This document shows, piece by piece, positions 1 through 8,290 of a stretch of 27,853 nucleotides of DNA (the first letter of the stretch is position 1; every line of letters begins with the position of its first letter). Both the position numbers and the translations under genes were made by a program. Below the pieces are notes generated by a model. The model was given only the letters and a program-made list of their open reading frames with translations. It was not told the DNA's origin and did not search any database. Source of the stretch: an uncultured virus (IMG/VR IMGVR_UViG_3300030524_000005) (lineage: Duplodnaviria > Heunggongvirae > Uroviricota > Caudoviricetes); IMG/VR virus record IMGVR_UViG_3300030524_000005. The stretch is one strand, 5' to 3'.

Positions 1-354
1 GTCTACATCGATGGTTCGCGCATCTATGAGCACCGAATCACGTTCGCGATGACAAATGGTCGTTGGCCAGATTTGCACGTTGACCATGCCAACGGAGTAC
101 GTGATGACAATCGTCCCTGCAATCTTCGCGAGGCAACAAGGTCCCAAAACAATGCAAATAGTAAGATTTCTTTGCGTAACACCAGTGGGCTCAAGGGTGT
201 CGGGTTCCACAAGCAAATAGGTAGATTCAGGGCCGACATACGGATTGAGGGGAGCCTCAAGTACCTCGGCCTATTCGATAGCGCAGAAGAGGCGCATGCC
301 GCCTATATGCGAGCAGCGCAGCAATTCCATGGCCAATTCGCGAGGGCAGCATGA
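1..354 (+). CDS. HNH homing endonuclease with AP2-like DNA-binding domain (5' truncated by window edge)
   Basis: Frame is open from base 1. It has the HNH_3 pattern VDHANGVRDDNRPCNLREATRSQNNAN, then the AP2-like segment NTSGLKGV...YLGLFDSAEEAHAAY...HGQFA. Confidence 0.9.
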   Translation, partial: VYIDGSRIYEHRITFAMTNGRWPDLHVDHANGVRDDNRPCNLREATRSQNNANSKISLRNTSGLKGVGFHKQIGRFRADIRIEGSLKYLGLFDSAEEAHAAYMRAAQQFHGQFARAA

Positions 355-503
355 GCAAAATCTCACAGAAACCGAGTCAACCCAAATCGCAGCCTAGGCT
401 TCCCACTGGGCACTTCGACCGGAATGGCACCAGCCAAGGCCAGCAGAGCGGCGCAGTACGCAAGTCGCCAGACGCCTACAACGATCGCAAGGAGCAAAAA
501 TAA
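351..503 (+). CDS. Small hypothetical protein (50 aa)
   Basis: Read manually (MSKISQKPSQ...RKEQK). ATGA overlap with the upstream stop and TAATG overlap with the downstream start. Confidence 0.55.
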   Translation: MSKISQKPSQPKSQPRLPTGHFDRNGTSQGQQSGAVRKSPDAYNDRKEQK

Positions 504-967
504 TGCCCCGTGACGTCAAAGGAAAGGCCAAGGGCGACGAGACCATGAGCGCGGTCAACATGACCGACATGCGCCGCACCAACGCTGCGAAGAAGGAAGG
601 CGCGACCAATGCCATGACCAACTCTGACGGCCCCGAGTATCCGTACGGCCTAAAGGTGCATCTCGACCACGACAGCATGAAGAAGATGGGCATGAACGAT
701 ATGCCCGAGGTCGGTAGCGAGGTCACGATGCATTCGAAGGCGCATGTCGTCGGCGCTCGTGCAGAGAAGCGCGAGGGCGGCGATGAAGAGCGCCATGTCG
801 AGTTGCAGATTACGCACCTTGGCGTTCATCACAAGCCGGATGGCATGACCAAGCAAGCGCAGGCTGGCAGTGGTAAGACGCCGGATGCTGGCAAGGTGAC
901 CGAGAAGAAGGGCGCTAAGCCGGGTTATACGAAGCCTGAGCCGGCATACGGCAGGAAGCGCCACTGA
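503..967 (+). CDS. Capsid staple/cement protein, epsilon15 gp10-like
   Basis: Core EYPYGLKVHLDHDSMKKMGMNDMPEVGSEV...HVELQITHLGV matches the recalled epsilon15 gp10 pattern YPWGLRITLD..SL..LG...LP.VG...VELQITDIGL. AGGAG RBS upstream. Confidence 0.7.
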   Translation: MPRDVKGKAKGDETMSAVNMTDMRRTNAAKKEGATNAMTNSDGPEYPYGLKVHLDHDSMKKMGMNDMPEVGSEVTMHSKAHVVGARAEKREGGDEERHVELQITHLGVHHKPDGMTKQAQAGSGKTPDAGKVTEKKGAKPGYTKPEPAYGRKRH

Positions 968-1143
968 TGCCTAACCAGCTTATCACCATGGAAGAAATGG
1001 CCGCGGACTTCGATCGGATCTGCCTGGAGAACGGTGTAACGCCGCAGGAGTTCTTCGGGGCTTTGCGCCATGCTGCTGCGACTGAATACGATGCGGATGA
1101 GGATGCCAGAGTAAGGAAGATTTATGGGTTGGAGGCTTATTGA
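967..1143 (+). CDS. Small hypothetical protein (58 aa)
   Basis: Read manually (MPNQLITMEEMAADFDRICLENG...GLEAY). TGATG coupling with the upstream gene. Confidence 0.6.
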   Translation: MPNQLITMEEMAADFDRICLENGVTPQEFFGALRHAAATEYDADEDARVRKIYGLEAY

Positions 1144-1144
1144 C

Positions 1145-1318
1145 ATGATGCACCTACCTTCGATTGTGAGTCCGCCGCAGCGCAAGTCACACATCTTTTG
1201 CGAGGCTGGGAAGTGGGTGCTGCGCACATTCGGACCTGCTATGGCATGGGATATGCCGTTTGAGTCGGTTACGGATATTCAGCGGTATCACAAGCGCTAC
1301 ATACGGAGATTTCGCTGA
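1145..1318 (+). CDS. Small hypothetical protein
   Basis: GGAGG upstream of ATG 1145. TGATG coupling to the next gene. Confidence 0.55.
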   Translation: MMHLPSIVSPPQRKSHIFCEAGKWVLRTFGPAMAWDMPFESVTDIQRYHKRYIRRFR

Positions 1319-1596
1319 TGACTATCGATTATGAGCGTGGAACTGGGCGCACGACAGAGCAAATGAAGGCTGCGCCGCGCGGTGCCGTATATGTTTCTCC
1401 GCATCCTTTCGCCACCGACTATGTCCGCAAGCTCGCTGCGAAGATTTTGCGGGAAGACCTAAGGATCGTAGAGCCTTCGTGGCTAGACCATGGATGGCAC
1501 GGCAAGATTTTGGAGGGCATCGTCGTGGACCATGCATGCCATCTGGATGACCATCATCGACAACTTCTTTTGAATGCCGAAACAAGGATTCGATAA
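1318..1596 (+). CDS. Hypothetical protein with degenerate P-loop-like motifs
   Basis: RGTGRTT near the N-terminus and GIVVDHA later. Translationally coupled on both sides. Confidence 0.65.
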   Translation: MTIDYERGTGRTTEQMKAAPRGAVYVSPHPFATDYVRKLAAKILREDLRIVEPSWLDHGWHGKILEGIVVDHACHLDDHHRQLLLNAETRIR

Positions 1597-2030
1597 TGGG
1601 CGTCAACCTCAAGACCAATGGCGCTGGCGGGGAGTTGTCTTACGAGACGAAGACCTACGTTGCGCCCGACGAGAAGATCCAGCCGCTTCACGACTACATC
1701 GTGGTCGAGCCGCTGCCGATAGAGCATTCGAAGATTCTGCTTGTTGTCGAAGAGATCAAGCCGGTTCGCGGGATCGTGAAGGCTGTTGGGCCTGGCCACT
1801 TTCCATTGCGATATGACCACCCGGACAAGCACCGTCGCACGAAGATGTGGCGCAGCAAGACATTTTTGCCAACCCAGGTGAAGGTGGGCGATATCGTTGA
1901 GCTCGGCTCGGTGCAGTTGGAAGGCCGGTATGTTGGCTACAGCTTTCAGCAAATTTATTGGGGAAACACGATGCATATCATGTGCCGTGAAGCCGATGTG
2001 AGCGGGATAGTCGAACAGGAGGCAGCATGA
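1596..2030 (+). CDS. groES: Phage-encoded co-chaperonin GroES (Cpn10)-like protein
   Basis: IQPLHDYIVV, RGIVKAVGPG, VKVGDIV and READVSGIVE align with E. coli GroES IRPLHDRVIV, RGEVLAVGNG, VKVGDIV and SESDILAIVE. Confidence 0.85.
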   Translation: MGVNLKTNGAGGELSYETKTYVAPDEKIQPLHDYIVVEPLPIEHSKILLVVEEIKPVRGIVKAVGPGHFPLRYDHPDKHRRTKMWRSKTFLPTQVKVGDIVELGSVQLEGRYVGYSFQQIYWGNTMHIMCREADVSGIVEQEAA

Positions 2031-2278
2031 ATACGCTCGACAAGATTTGGATCGATGAAACATCGGACTTCGTTGCTTCCAAGGAAAAACTGATCAAGAT
2101 GACAGGAAAAGCACTTCACAAGCTGCGCAAACGTGCGCACATCGCCGCAGCAATCGCTGCTCAAAGCGCCTGGATCGAAGACGCGCTGTATATCAACACA
2201 GAAGATCGCCGTATGCGTGACAAGCTGTTCTGCTATGCACGCGAAATCCAAGCGCGAAAGCAGAATGAAGCGCGCTAA
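2027..2278 (+). CDS. Hypothetical protein
   Basis: GGAGG RBS and ATGA overlap; lies in a tightly packed operon. Confidence 0.65.
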   Translation: MNTLDKIWIDETSDFVASKEKLIKMTGKALHKLRKRAHIAAAIAAQSAWIEDALYINTEDRRMRDKLFCYAREIQARKQNEAR

Positions 2279-2579
2279 CGTCAAGCGTGGTGCGCTGCCA
2301 GTCGAGGCCGTCGATGACGTGCCTACCGAAACCAGCGAGCAGGCGCTAATCGATGACTCCGGCGACGAACTGCGCTACGTCAGCATCCCGTCCGACTGGC
2401 GCAAAGGCAACCTACTCAACGTGCGCAACTACGGGCCGGAATATGTCGTCACGCTCTATCCCGAGGAGCTAGACCACGATAAACCCGAGCGCGCGCTTCA
2501 CTTTCCGAATCACGGGCTGTGCCAGGCGTTCGTTTCCGGTTGGTATGCCCGCGAGAGTCATGACCCGAGGGCGAGATGA
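2265..2579 (+). CDS. Hypothetical protein
   Basis: Start taken at ATG 2265 (MKRANVKRG) within ORF 2133..2579; fits operon packing. Confidence 0.65.
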   Translation: MKRANVKRGALPVEAVDDVPTETSEQALIDDSGDELRYVSIPSDWRKGNLLNVRNYGPEYVVTLYPEELDHDKPERALHFPNHGLCQAFVSGWYARESHDPRAR

Positions 2580-2788
2580 TGGCAATCATCAGCGAAGCGT
2601 TTCGCATGTTAATACTGAAAGAGTCGGTAGGTGCTCTCGACCGAGAATATGCTGTATTTCGGGATGCCATTCCACGCCGCCATTCCACTGCGGGATTTAT
2701 AGCAAAGCACAGCTACGATATCGCGCAGGATTCGGTTCGTACCTGCATCTCATGCGGCTCCAAAACTCAACCCTGTTGCGGGCACTGA
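2576..2788 (+). CDS. Hypothetical protein with Cys-rich C-terminus
   Basis: ATGA overlap with the upstream gene; ends CISCGSKTQPCCGH (possible Zn site). Confidence 0.55.
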   Translation: MMAIISEAFRMLILKESVGALDREYAVFRDAIPRRHSTAGFIAKHSYDIAQDSVRTCISCGSKTQPCCGH

Positions 2789-2789
2789 G

Positions 2790-3002
2790 ATGGCAACGAT
2801 CAATAGAGACGGCACGATCAATTTCGGCAACTCGAAGGGGTTGCTCTCGATAAGTGAGATCAATCGGAAGGCGATGGAATTCTTCGTGAAGATGCAGGAA
2901 AGCCAGGACATCTGGGACCGTCAAGAGCGCATCAGTGAGTTGCGCAAATCGTGCGGCGCTGAACCGCAGTACACGAAGATCAAGATCGGCTCAGGAGCGT
3001 AA
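2790..3002 (+). CDS. Hypothetical protein
   Basis: Fills the gap before terS and contains the terS RBS (AGGAG) at its 3' end. Confidence 0.55.
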   Translation: MATINRDGTINFGNSKGLLSISEINRKAMEFFVKMQESQDIWDRQERISELRKSCGAEPQYTKIKIGSGA

Positions 3003-3004
3003 CG

Positions 3005-3403
3005 ATGGCCGGTAAGAAAGGACAAGCGCCGCGTACTGAGTTCTCTCAGAAGCTGTTCGATGAGATATGCGAGCTTATTGCAGACGGCAAGAGCTTGCGC
3101 GAGACGTGCGAACTGAAGGGCATGCCCGACCGGGCGACGTTTAATAAATGGCGCAAGCGTGCGCCAGAACTGCAAGCTCAGTACGATCAGGCCTACAAGG
3201 ATTACGAAGATTCTTGCCTGCAAGATATCGTCTATATCGCGGATACGGAAAAGGACTCGGCGATCGCAAAGAACCGCATGGACGCTCGTAAGTGGGAGCT
3301 GAAGATACGCAACCGCAAGAAGTTTGGCGATAGCGTGCAGCATACCGGCGATCCGGAAGCACCGATGCAGCTCGTGCTCAATGGATCAGACGTACATGGC
3401 TGA
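3005..3403 (+). CDS. terS: Terminase small subunit (Sf6 gp1-like)
   Basis: Pattern DEICELIADGKSLRETC...MPDRATFNKW...ARKWELKIRNRKKFGD; immediately upstream of TerL. Confidence 0.9.
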   Translation: MAGKKGQAPRTEFSQKLFDEICELIADGKSLRETCELKGMPDRATFNKWRKRAPELQAQYDQAYKDYEDSCLQDIVYIADTEKDSAIAKNRMDARKWELKIRNRKKFGDSVQHTGDPEAPMQLVLNGSDVHG

Positions 3404-4748
3404 GTTCAAGCTCACTACTAGGCAGGCCGAAGCCCAGGAGATGCTGAACGGGCCGGCGAAGCACGTGATGCTTGCGGGTGGTTCTAGGTCCGGAAAGACG
3501 CTGCTAATTATTAGGAAGCAGGTCCAACGTCGTCTTAAGGCGCCCGGCTCACGCGGCGCTGTGCTTCGTTTTCGCTTTGGTCACGTCAAGAACTCAATCA
3601 TGCTGGACACCTTTCCTAAGGTGATGTCCATATGCTTTCCGGGCGTCCCATATGACGTGAATAAGTCGCTGGGCTATGCGACGTTTCCCGGTGGCAGTGA
3701 GCTGTGGTTCGGCGGCCTCGATGACAAGCAGCGCACTGAGAAGATTCTCGGCACAGAGTTTGCCGACATCTTTTTGAATGAGTGCTCTCAGATTCCATAT
3801 TCGGGGCGTGAAATGGTCATGACGCGCTTGGCGCAGAAGGTACGCGACAATGCGACGGGCAACGATCTGATCATGAAGATGTATTACGACGAGAATCCGC
3901 CCGACAAAGGGCATTGGACCTATCGCCTGTTTAAGACCAAGGTGAGTCCCGAAACGCGTGCATCGTTGAGCGAGCCCGACAACTACGCCTTCATGCAGAT
4001 CAATCCTCGCGACAACCAAGAGAATCTGTCCGCCGACTACCTGAAGACGCTGTCCGAAATGTCGCCACGGATGCGCAAGCGCTTCCTCGAAGGAGAGTTC
4101 CGCGATGCCTCGCCTAATGCACTTTTCTCCGAAGAAGTGTTTGAACGTTGGCGCAACATTGATGACGAACTGCCGGACATGTTGCGTATCGTCGTGGCAG
4201 TCGATCCGTCAGGCGCCGATGATGATGACAACGTCGACAATGACGAAATCGGAATTGTCGTGGCTGGTCTCGGAATTGATGGGAATGGGTATGTATTGGA
4301 GGATCTGACGTGCAAGGCTGGTCCTGCTGTGTGGGGCAAGGTTGCGACGGATGCCTATAAGCGTTGGGGCGGCGATCGCATCGTCGGTGAGGTGAATTAT
4401 GGCGGCGCGATGGTCAAGTTCGTGGTACGCACGGCGCTGCCGAATGTACCGTTCAGGCCGGTCACCGCGACGCGTGGCAAGGTCATCCGAGCCGAGCCGA
4501 TATCAGCCCTGGTAGACGCTGGAAAGGTCCGCTTAGCTGGCGTGTTCCAAGAGATGGAAGACGAGTTATGCGCAATGACCACGCATGGCTATACCGGCGA
4601 GAACAGCCCGAACCGTGCCGATGCGATGATATGGGCTATGACCGATCTATTCCCCGAGCTGGCCAAGCCGGAAGCAATTAAACCAGAGCCAAAGCCGCAG
4701 TTCATTCATCGGCGCCTTGGGTCAAACACAGGCTGGATGAGATCATGA
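3396..4748 (+). CDS. terL: Terminase large subunit
   Basis: Walker A GGSRSGKT, Walker B-like IFLNE, DENPP motif, RNase H-like nuclease VAVDP...SPNRADAMIWA. Start taken at ATG 3396. Confidence 0.95.
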   Translation: MAEFKLTTRQAEAQEMLNGPAKHVMLAGGSRSGKTLLIIRKQVQRRLKAPGSRGAVLRFRFGHVKNSIMLDTFPKVMSICFPGVPYDVNKSLGYATFPGGSELWFGGLDDKQRTEKILGTEFADIFLNECSQIPYSGREMVMTRLAQKVRDNATGNDLIMKMYYDENPPDKGHWTYRLFKTKVSPETRASLSEPDNYAFMQINPRDNQENLSADYLKTLSEMSPRMRKRFLEGEFRDASPNALFSEEVFERWRNIDDELPDMLRIVVAVDPSGADDDDNVDNDEIGIVVAGLGIDGNGYVLEDLTCKAGPAVWGKVATDAYKRWGGDRIVGEVNYGGAMVKFVVRTALPNVPFRPVTATRGKVIRAEPISALVDAGKVRLAGVFQEMEDELCAMTTHGYTGENSPNRADAMIWAMTDLFPELAKPEAIKPEPKPQFIHRRLGSNTGWMRS

Positions 4749-6925
4749 CCGACCAAGTAACACACGGCGCCAACGAGCCAACCCAGCGCACCGAAGAGGA
4801 TCGCGAGTTTGCTGCGATCTCTGACGAAGAAATATGGCTCGAAGCAAAAGACCGCCTGCAGATCGCGGCTGAAGCTTATTCCGATAACCGCAAACGCGCT
4901 AAGGCTGCGATGCTGTTCCGTGACGGCGATCAGTGGGACCACGATACGGGCACGAGCGCTTCCGAGGATTCGCCTGAGCTGACCATCAACCTCACCGATG
5001 CATTCGTGCGCCGCGTGGTGAACAACATCAAGCAGCAGCGTCCGCGCGGCAAGTGCCATCCGGTAGGCGATGGCGCCGATGTCGAGCTCGCCGAAATCAT
5101 CAACGGCATCGGTCGGCATGTTGAAACGCGTTCCGAAGCGTCGATCGCCTACGATCTGGCCGCCGAGCGTGCTGTAGATGCAGGCGAGGGCTACTTCCGG
5201 CTAGTCGCTGAGTATGTCGACCCGCGCTCGTTCCAGAAGGATCTACGCATCCTGCCGATCCGCAATATTTTCAGTGTGCACATGGACCCGAGCGCCATGA
5301 TGCCTAGCGGCGCTGACCAGAACTGGTGCTTGATATCAGTCAAGATGAAGCGGCAGGAGTACCGCCGTCGCTACCCGAACGCGAAGAATGTGCAGTGGAA
5401 CGATATCGACCGCCAGCAGAGCCGCATCGACTGGGAAGACAAAGAGGAAATCCGGCTCGCCGAGTATTTCCGCATCCGTGAGAAGCCAGAGAAGCTCTAT
5501 CAGATCGTCGACAAGACTGGCCAAGAGCATATGGTCTACCAGTCGGAGTTGAAGCGGATAACAGGCTCAGTGGCCTCGCTGAAAGATGCTGTCGATAGCT
5601 TAACGCAGGCAGGCATTCGAATTGTCAACGAGCGTGACTCGGTAAAGCGCCAGGTGGAATGGTTCAGGCTCAATGGCCTGGTCGTAGTCGAGCGCCAGGA
5701 GTTGCCCGGAAGCATGATTCCGGTGTTTCGTGTCGATGGCAACACGATGGATGTGGACGGTGCGATCCGACGCAAGGGCATGGTCGATTCGATGATGGAC
5801 CCTCAGCGCATGGTCAACTATGGCGAAGTGGCTAAGATCAAGCGTCTAGGGCTCGCGCCTAAAGCGCCGTGGGTCGCAGCAGAAGGGCAGCTTGACGGCC
5901 ACCCTGAGTGGGATAATGCAAACCAAAAGTCATACTCGGTACTGACATACAAGCCGATCGTCATCGAGACCGGCAGTCTGCCGATCATGATCCCAGCGCC
6001 AGCACGTCAGCCACCGGCACAAATCGAGGCGGGTTTCAGCGAGTTCGTGCAGGGTATGAGGTCTAACTTGGTCGCTGTGGCTGGCATGCCGAACGAGCCC
6101 GGACAGGATCAGCAGGGTGTCGTTGTATCTGGCCGCGCCATAGACCGTCGTCAGTGGCTCTCAGATCAGTCGCACTTCCAGTATTACGACAACCTGACGC
6201 AGGCCATCGCCCAGTGCTGGCGCGTTATGGTCGAATGGATTCCGACTTACTACTCAGAACCAGGTCGCATGCAGCGCGTGATCGGCGAGGACTCGACGCC
6301 GCAGATGGTCAAGGTCAACGACAAAGAGACCGACGATGGCGGTATCGAGCGCGTCAAGAATGACCTCTCTATCGGCAAGTACGATGTCGTGATGGACACC
6401 GGTCCAGGCTATGAGACGAAACGCGAAGAGGGTGCATCGAATCTGGTCGAGATGATCAAGATCCCGCCGCTAGCAGAGATTATCGCCAAGACTGCCCCGG
6501 ATTTGGTATTCCGTTCGATAGACCATCCGTACATGCAGGAGTTGGCCGACCGGCTGATGGCCTCGAATCCCGAGGGCTTGAAGAAGATCATGGAGGGCCT
6601 ATCGAGCCGCGCCAAGAGCATCGTTCAGGCGCAGGCCAACCAGATCACGACGCTCCAGCAGCAGCTCCAGGCGGTGACAACGGAGATCAAGCAGGGATTG
6701 CAGAAGGCGCATATGGCGGCTGTCGTCAAAGCGCACGACACCGAGACACGTGCCGCTACGTCGCTGCAAGTCGAAGAAATCCGCGCCGGCGGCAAGATCA
6801 TCGACTCAAACGCCGACCGTGGCCACGATGCGCGGATGCTCGAAAAACAGCTTTTGCATGATGCATCACAATCTGCGGCCGACCGAGCCGTTCAACCTCA
6901 GCAGCCCACCGGAGAGCAGCAATGA
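4745..6925 (+). CDS. Portal protein (P22 gp1-like)
   Basis: 726 aa gene after TerL. Contains GDQW, LTIN, MMDPQRMVNY, SGRAI and GKYDVVMDTGPGYETKREE, with a C-terminal coiled-coil/barrel region. Confidence 0.93.
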   Translation: MTDQVTHGANEPTQRTEEDREFAAISDEEIWLEAKDRLQIAAEAYSDNRKRAKAAMLFRDGDQWDHDTGTSASEDSPELTINLTDAFVRRVVNNIKQQRPRGKCHPVGDGADVELAEIINGIGRHVETRSEASIAYDLAAERAVDAGEGYFRLVAEYVDPRSFQKDLRILPIRNIFSVHMDPSAMMPSGADQNWCLISVKMKRQEYRRRYPNAKNVQWNDIDRQQSRIDWEDKEEIRLAEYFRIREKPEKLYQIVDKTGQEHMVYQSELKRITGSVASLKDAVDSLTQAGIRIVNERDSVKRQVEWFRLNGLVVVERQELPGSMIPVFRVDGNTMDVDGAIRRKGMVDSMMDPQRMVNYGEVAKIKRLGLAPKAPWVAAEGQLDGHPEWDNANQKSYSVLTYKPIVIETGSLPIMIPAPARQPPAQIEAGFSEFVQGMRSNLVAVAGMPNEPGQDQQGVVVSGRAIDRRQWLSDQSHFQYYDNLTQAIAQCWRVMVEWIPTYYSEPGRMQRVIGEDSTPQMVKVNDKETDDGGIERVKNDLSIGKYDVVMDTGPGYETKREEGASNLVEMIKIPPLAEIIAKTAPDLVFRSIDHPYMQELADRLMASNPEGLKKIMEGLSSRAKSIVQAQANQITTLQQQLQAVTTEIKQGLQKAHMAAVVKAHDTETRAATSLQVEEIRAGGKIIDSNADRGHDARMLEKQLLHDASQSAADRAVQPQQPTGEQQ

Positions 6926-7185
6926 ACTTTACGCATACGGCAAAACCAGTAAAGGTACGAGCTATCGAGATAGTTAGCATTGACAATGAGGCGCACAACA
7001 ACGGTTCATACGACGTGGCTCTCCGAGATGGTACAAACTCGATAATCACCGAAGAAATGACGGCTCGTTACTTTCCGATCGAAGGTGACTATCTGGTAAC
7101 TCAGGAGGATGGGTATGTCTATATCAATCCGAAAGAGGTTTTCGAGCGTAAATATTCGCCACTCTTCGTTGGAGAATGCAAATGA
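6922..7185 (+). CDS. Small accessory protein (KPV..A / GDYLV..EDGY...PKEVFE.KY family)
   Basis: GGAG RBS and ATGA overlap; visibly more AT-rich than its flanks; sits between portal and scaffold. Confidence 0.75.
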   Translation: MNFTHTAKPVKVRAIEIVSIDNEAHNNGSYDVALRDGTNSIITEEMTARYFPIEGDYLVTQEDGYVYINPKEVFERKYSPLFVGECK

Positions 7186-8216
7186 CCGTAACCGTACTCG
7201 ATAGTACCGATCTGACTGGAATCCTGGCCGATGCCGGAGTCGAGTTGGATCAGCCCCAAGGTGATCAGCAAGTGCAAGCGCAAAAGCCCGAGGGCAAGGA
7301 TGCCAGCAAGCCGACCGGGCAGCAGCAGGATCAAGACCAAGACGACGACGAAGATGAAAAAGGTCTGAGTGCCGCCGATAAGGAGGTGCTCACGAAGCGC
7401 ATGCAAAGGGCCGTCGGCAAGCAGCATCGCAAGCGCATGGAAGCCGAAGAGTTCGCCGAGGCCGAGTACAATCAGCGCCATCTTGCAGAGCAGCGCGCCG
7501 AGAATCTTGAGAAACAATTGGCGGCGCTCAAGCAAGGGAGTACCCCGGAGACGGTGGAAAGCACTGCACCGGTACCCCCATTGCGCCAGAATTTCTCCAG
7601 CGAGAACGATTGGGTGGACGCAATGATTCAGTACGGCGTCGACAAACGCCTGGCTGAAAAGGCCGAAGAAGACCGTACTGCGGCGCAAAAGCGCGAGTAT
7701 GACGAGCGTATCGAGACCGCCAAAGGCCGCATTGTGAAGGCCATAGACCTGGTGCCAGACTTCGAAGAAACGATCATGGGCAACGACTCTACGCTGTCGC
7801 CAGCCATCGGTACTTACCTCGAAGAATCCGAGATGGTGGCCGAACTGACCTACTATCTGGCCAAGAACCCGGATGTATTAGTTTCGCTACTGAAATTGTC
7901 GCCACACACCCAATTAGTGAAAATCGGAAAAATTGAGAGTACACTCACGCCATTCGGTGGTAGCACTCAAACCGAGCACGACAGCAAGTCGAGCAAAGAA
8001 GCATCCAACGGGAAGGTCGCCAAGACCGAGCCGAGCACCAATACAGGCATTGACCTGAGCAAGCCGCGCAGCAAGCCGGCCCCGGTGTTCGCGCCGTTAG
8101 ATGCAGGCGGTAACGCAGCAGCTTCGAAAGATTCGAAGGATATGAACATCCGGGAATCAATCGAGGACTTTGCCAAGCGCAACCGCGTCAATCTCGGTTC
8201 ACGTAAGCGGCATTAA
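7182..8216 (+). CDS. Scaffolding protein
   Basis: Lies between portal and coat; acidic N-terminus, coiled-coil centre, ELTYYLAKNPD motif, basic C-terminus. Confidence 0.8.
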   Translation: MTVTVLDSTDLTGILADAGVELDQPQGDQQVQAQKPEGKDASKPTGQQQDQDQDDDEDEKGLSAADKEVLTKRMQRAVGKQHRKRMEAEEFAEAEYNQRHLAEQRAENLEKQLAALKQGSTPETVESTAPVPPLRQNFSSENDWVDAMIQYGVDKRLAEKAEEDRTAAQKREYDERIETAKGRIVKAIDLVPDFEETIMGNDSTLSPAIGTYLEESEMVAELTYYLAKNPDVLVSLLKLSPHTQLVKIGKIESTLTPFGGSTQTEHDSKSSKEASNGKVAKTEPSTNTGIDLSKPRSKPAPVFAPLDAGGNAAASKDSKDMNIRESIEDFAKRNRVNLGSRKRH

Positions 8217-8234
8217 GCCGCATCTCCGGTGGTC

Positions 8235-8282
8235 CCTAAGCTGCGCTTTTGCGGATGCTTTGCGCCTCATGGCGCGCTTAGG
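8235..8282 (+). promoter_or_regulatory. Stem-loop that would occlude the coat-protein ribosome-binding site
   Basis: CCTAAGC (8235-8241) is complementary to GCTTAGG (8276-8282), which overlaps AGGAG. Confidence 0.45.
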
Positions 8283-8290
8283 AGCTACAC

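Noticed and set aside
3324..3395. Upstream extension of TerL
   Set aside because: It overlaps terS; ATG 3396 gives the usual short overlap.
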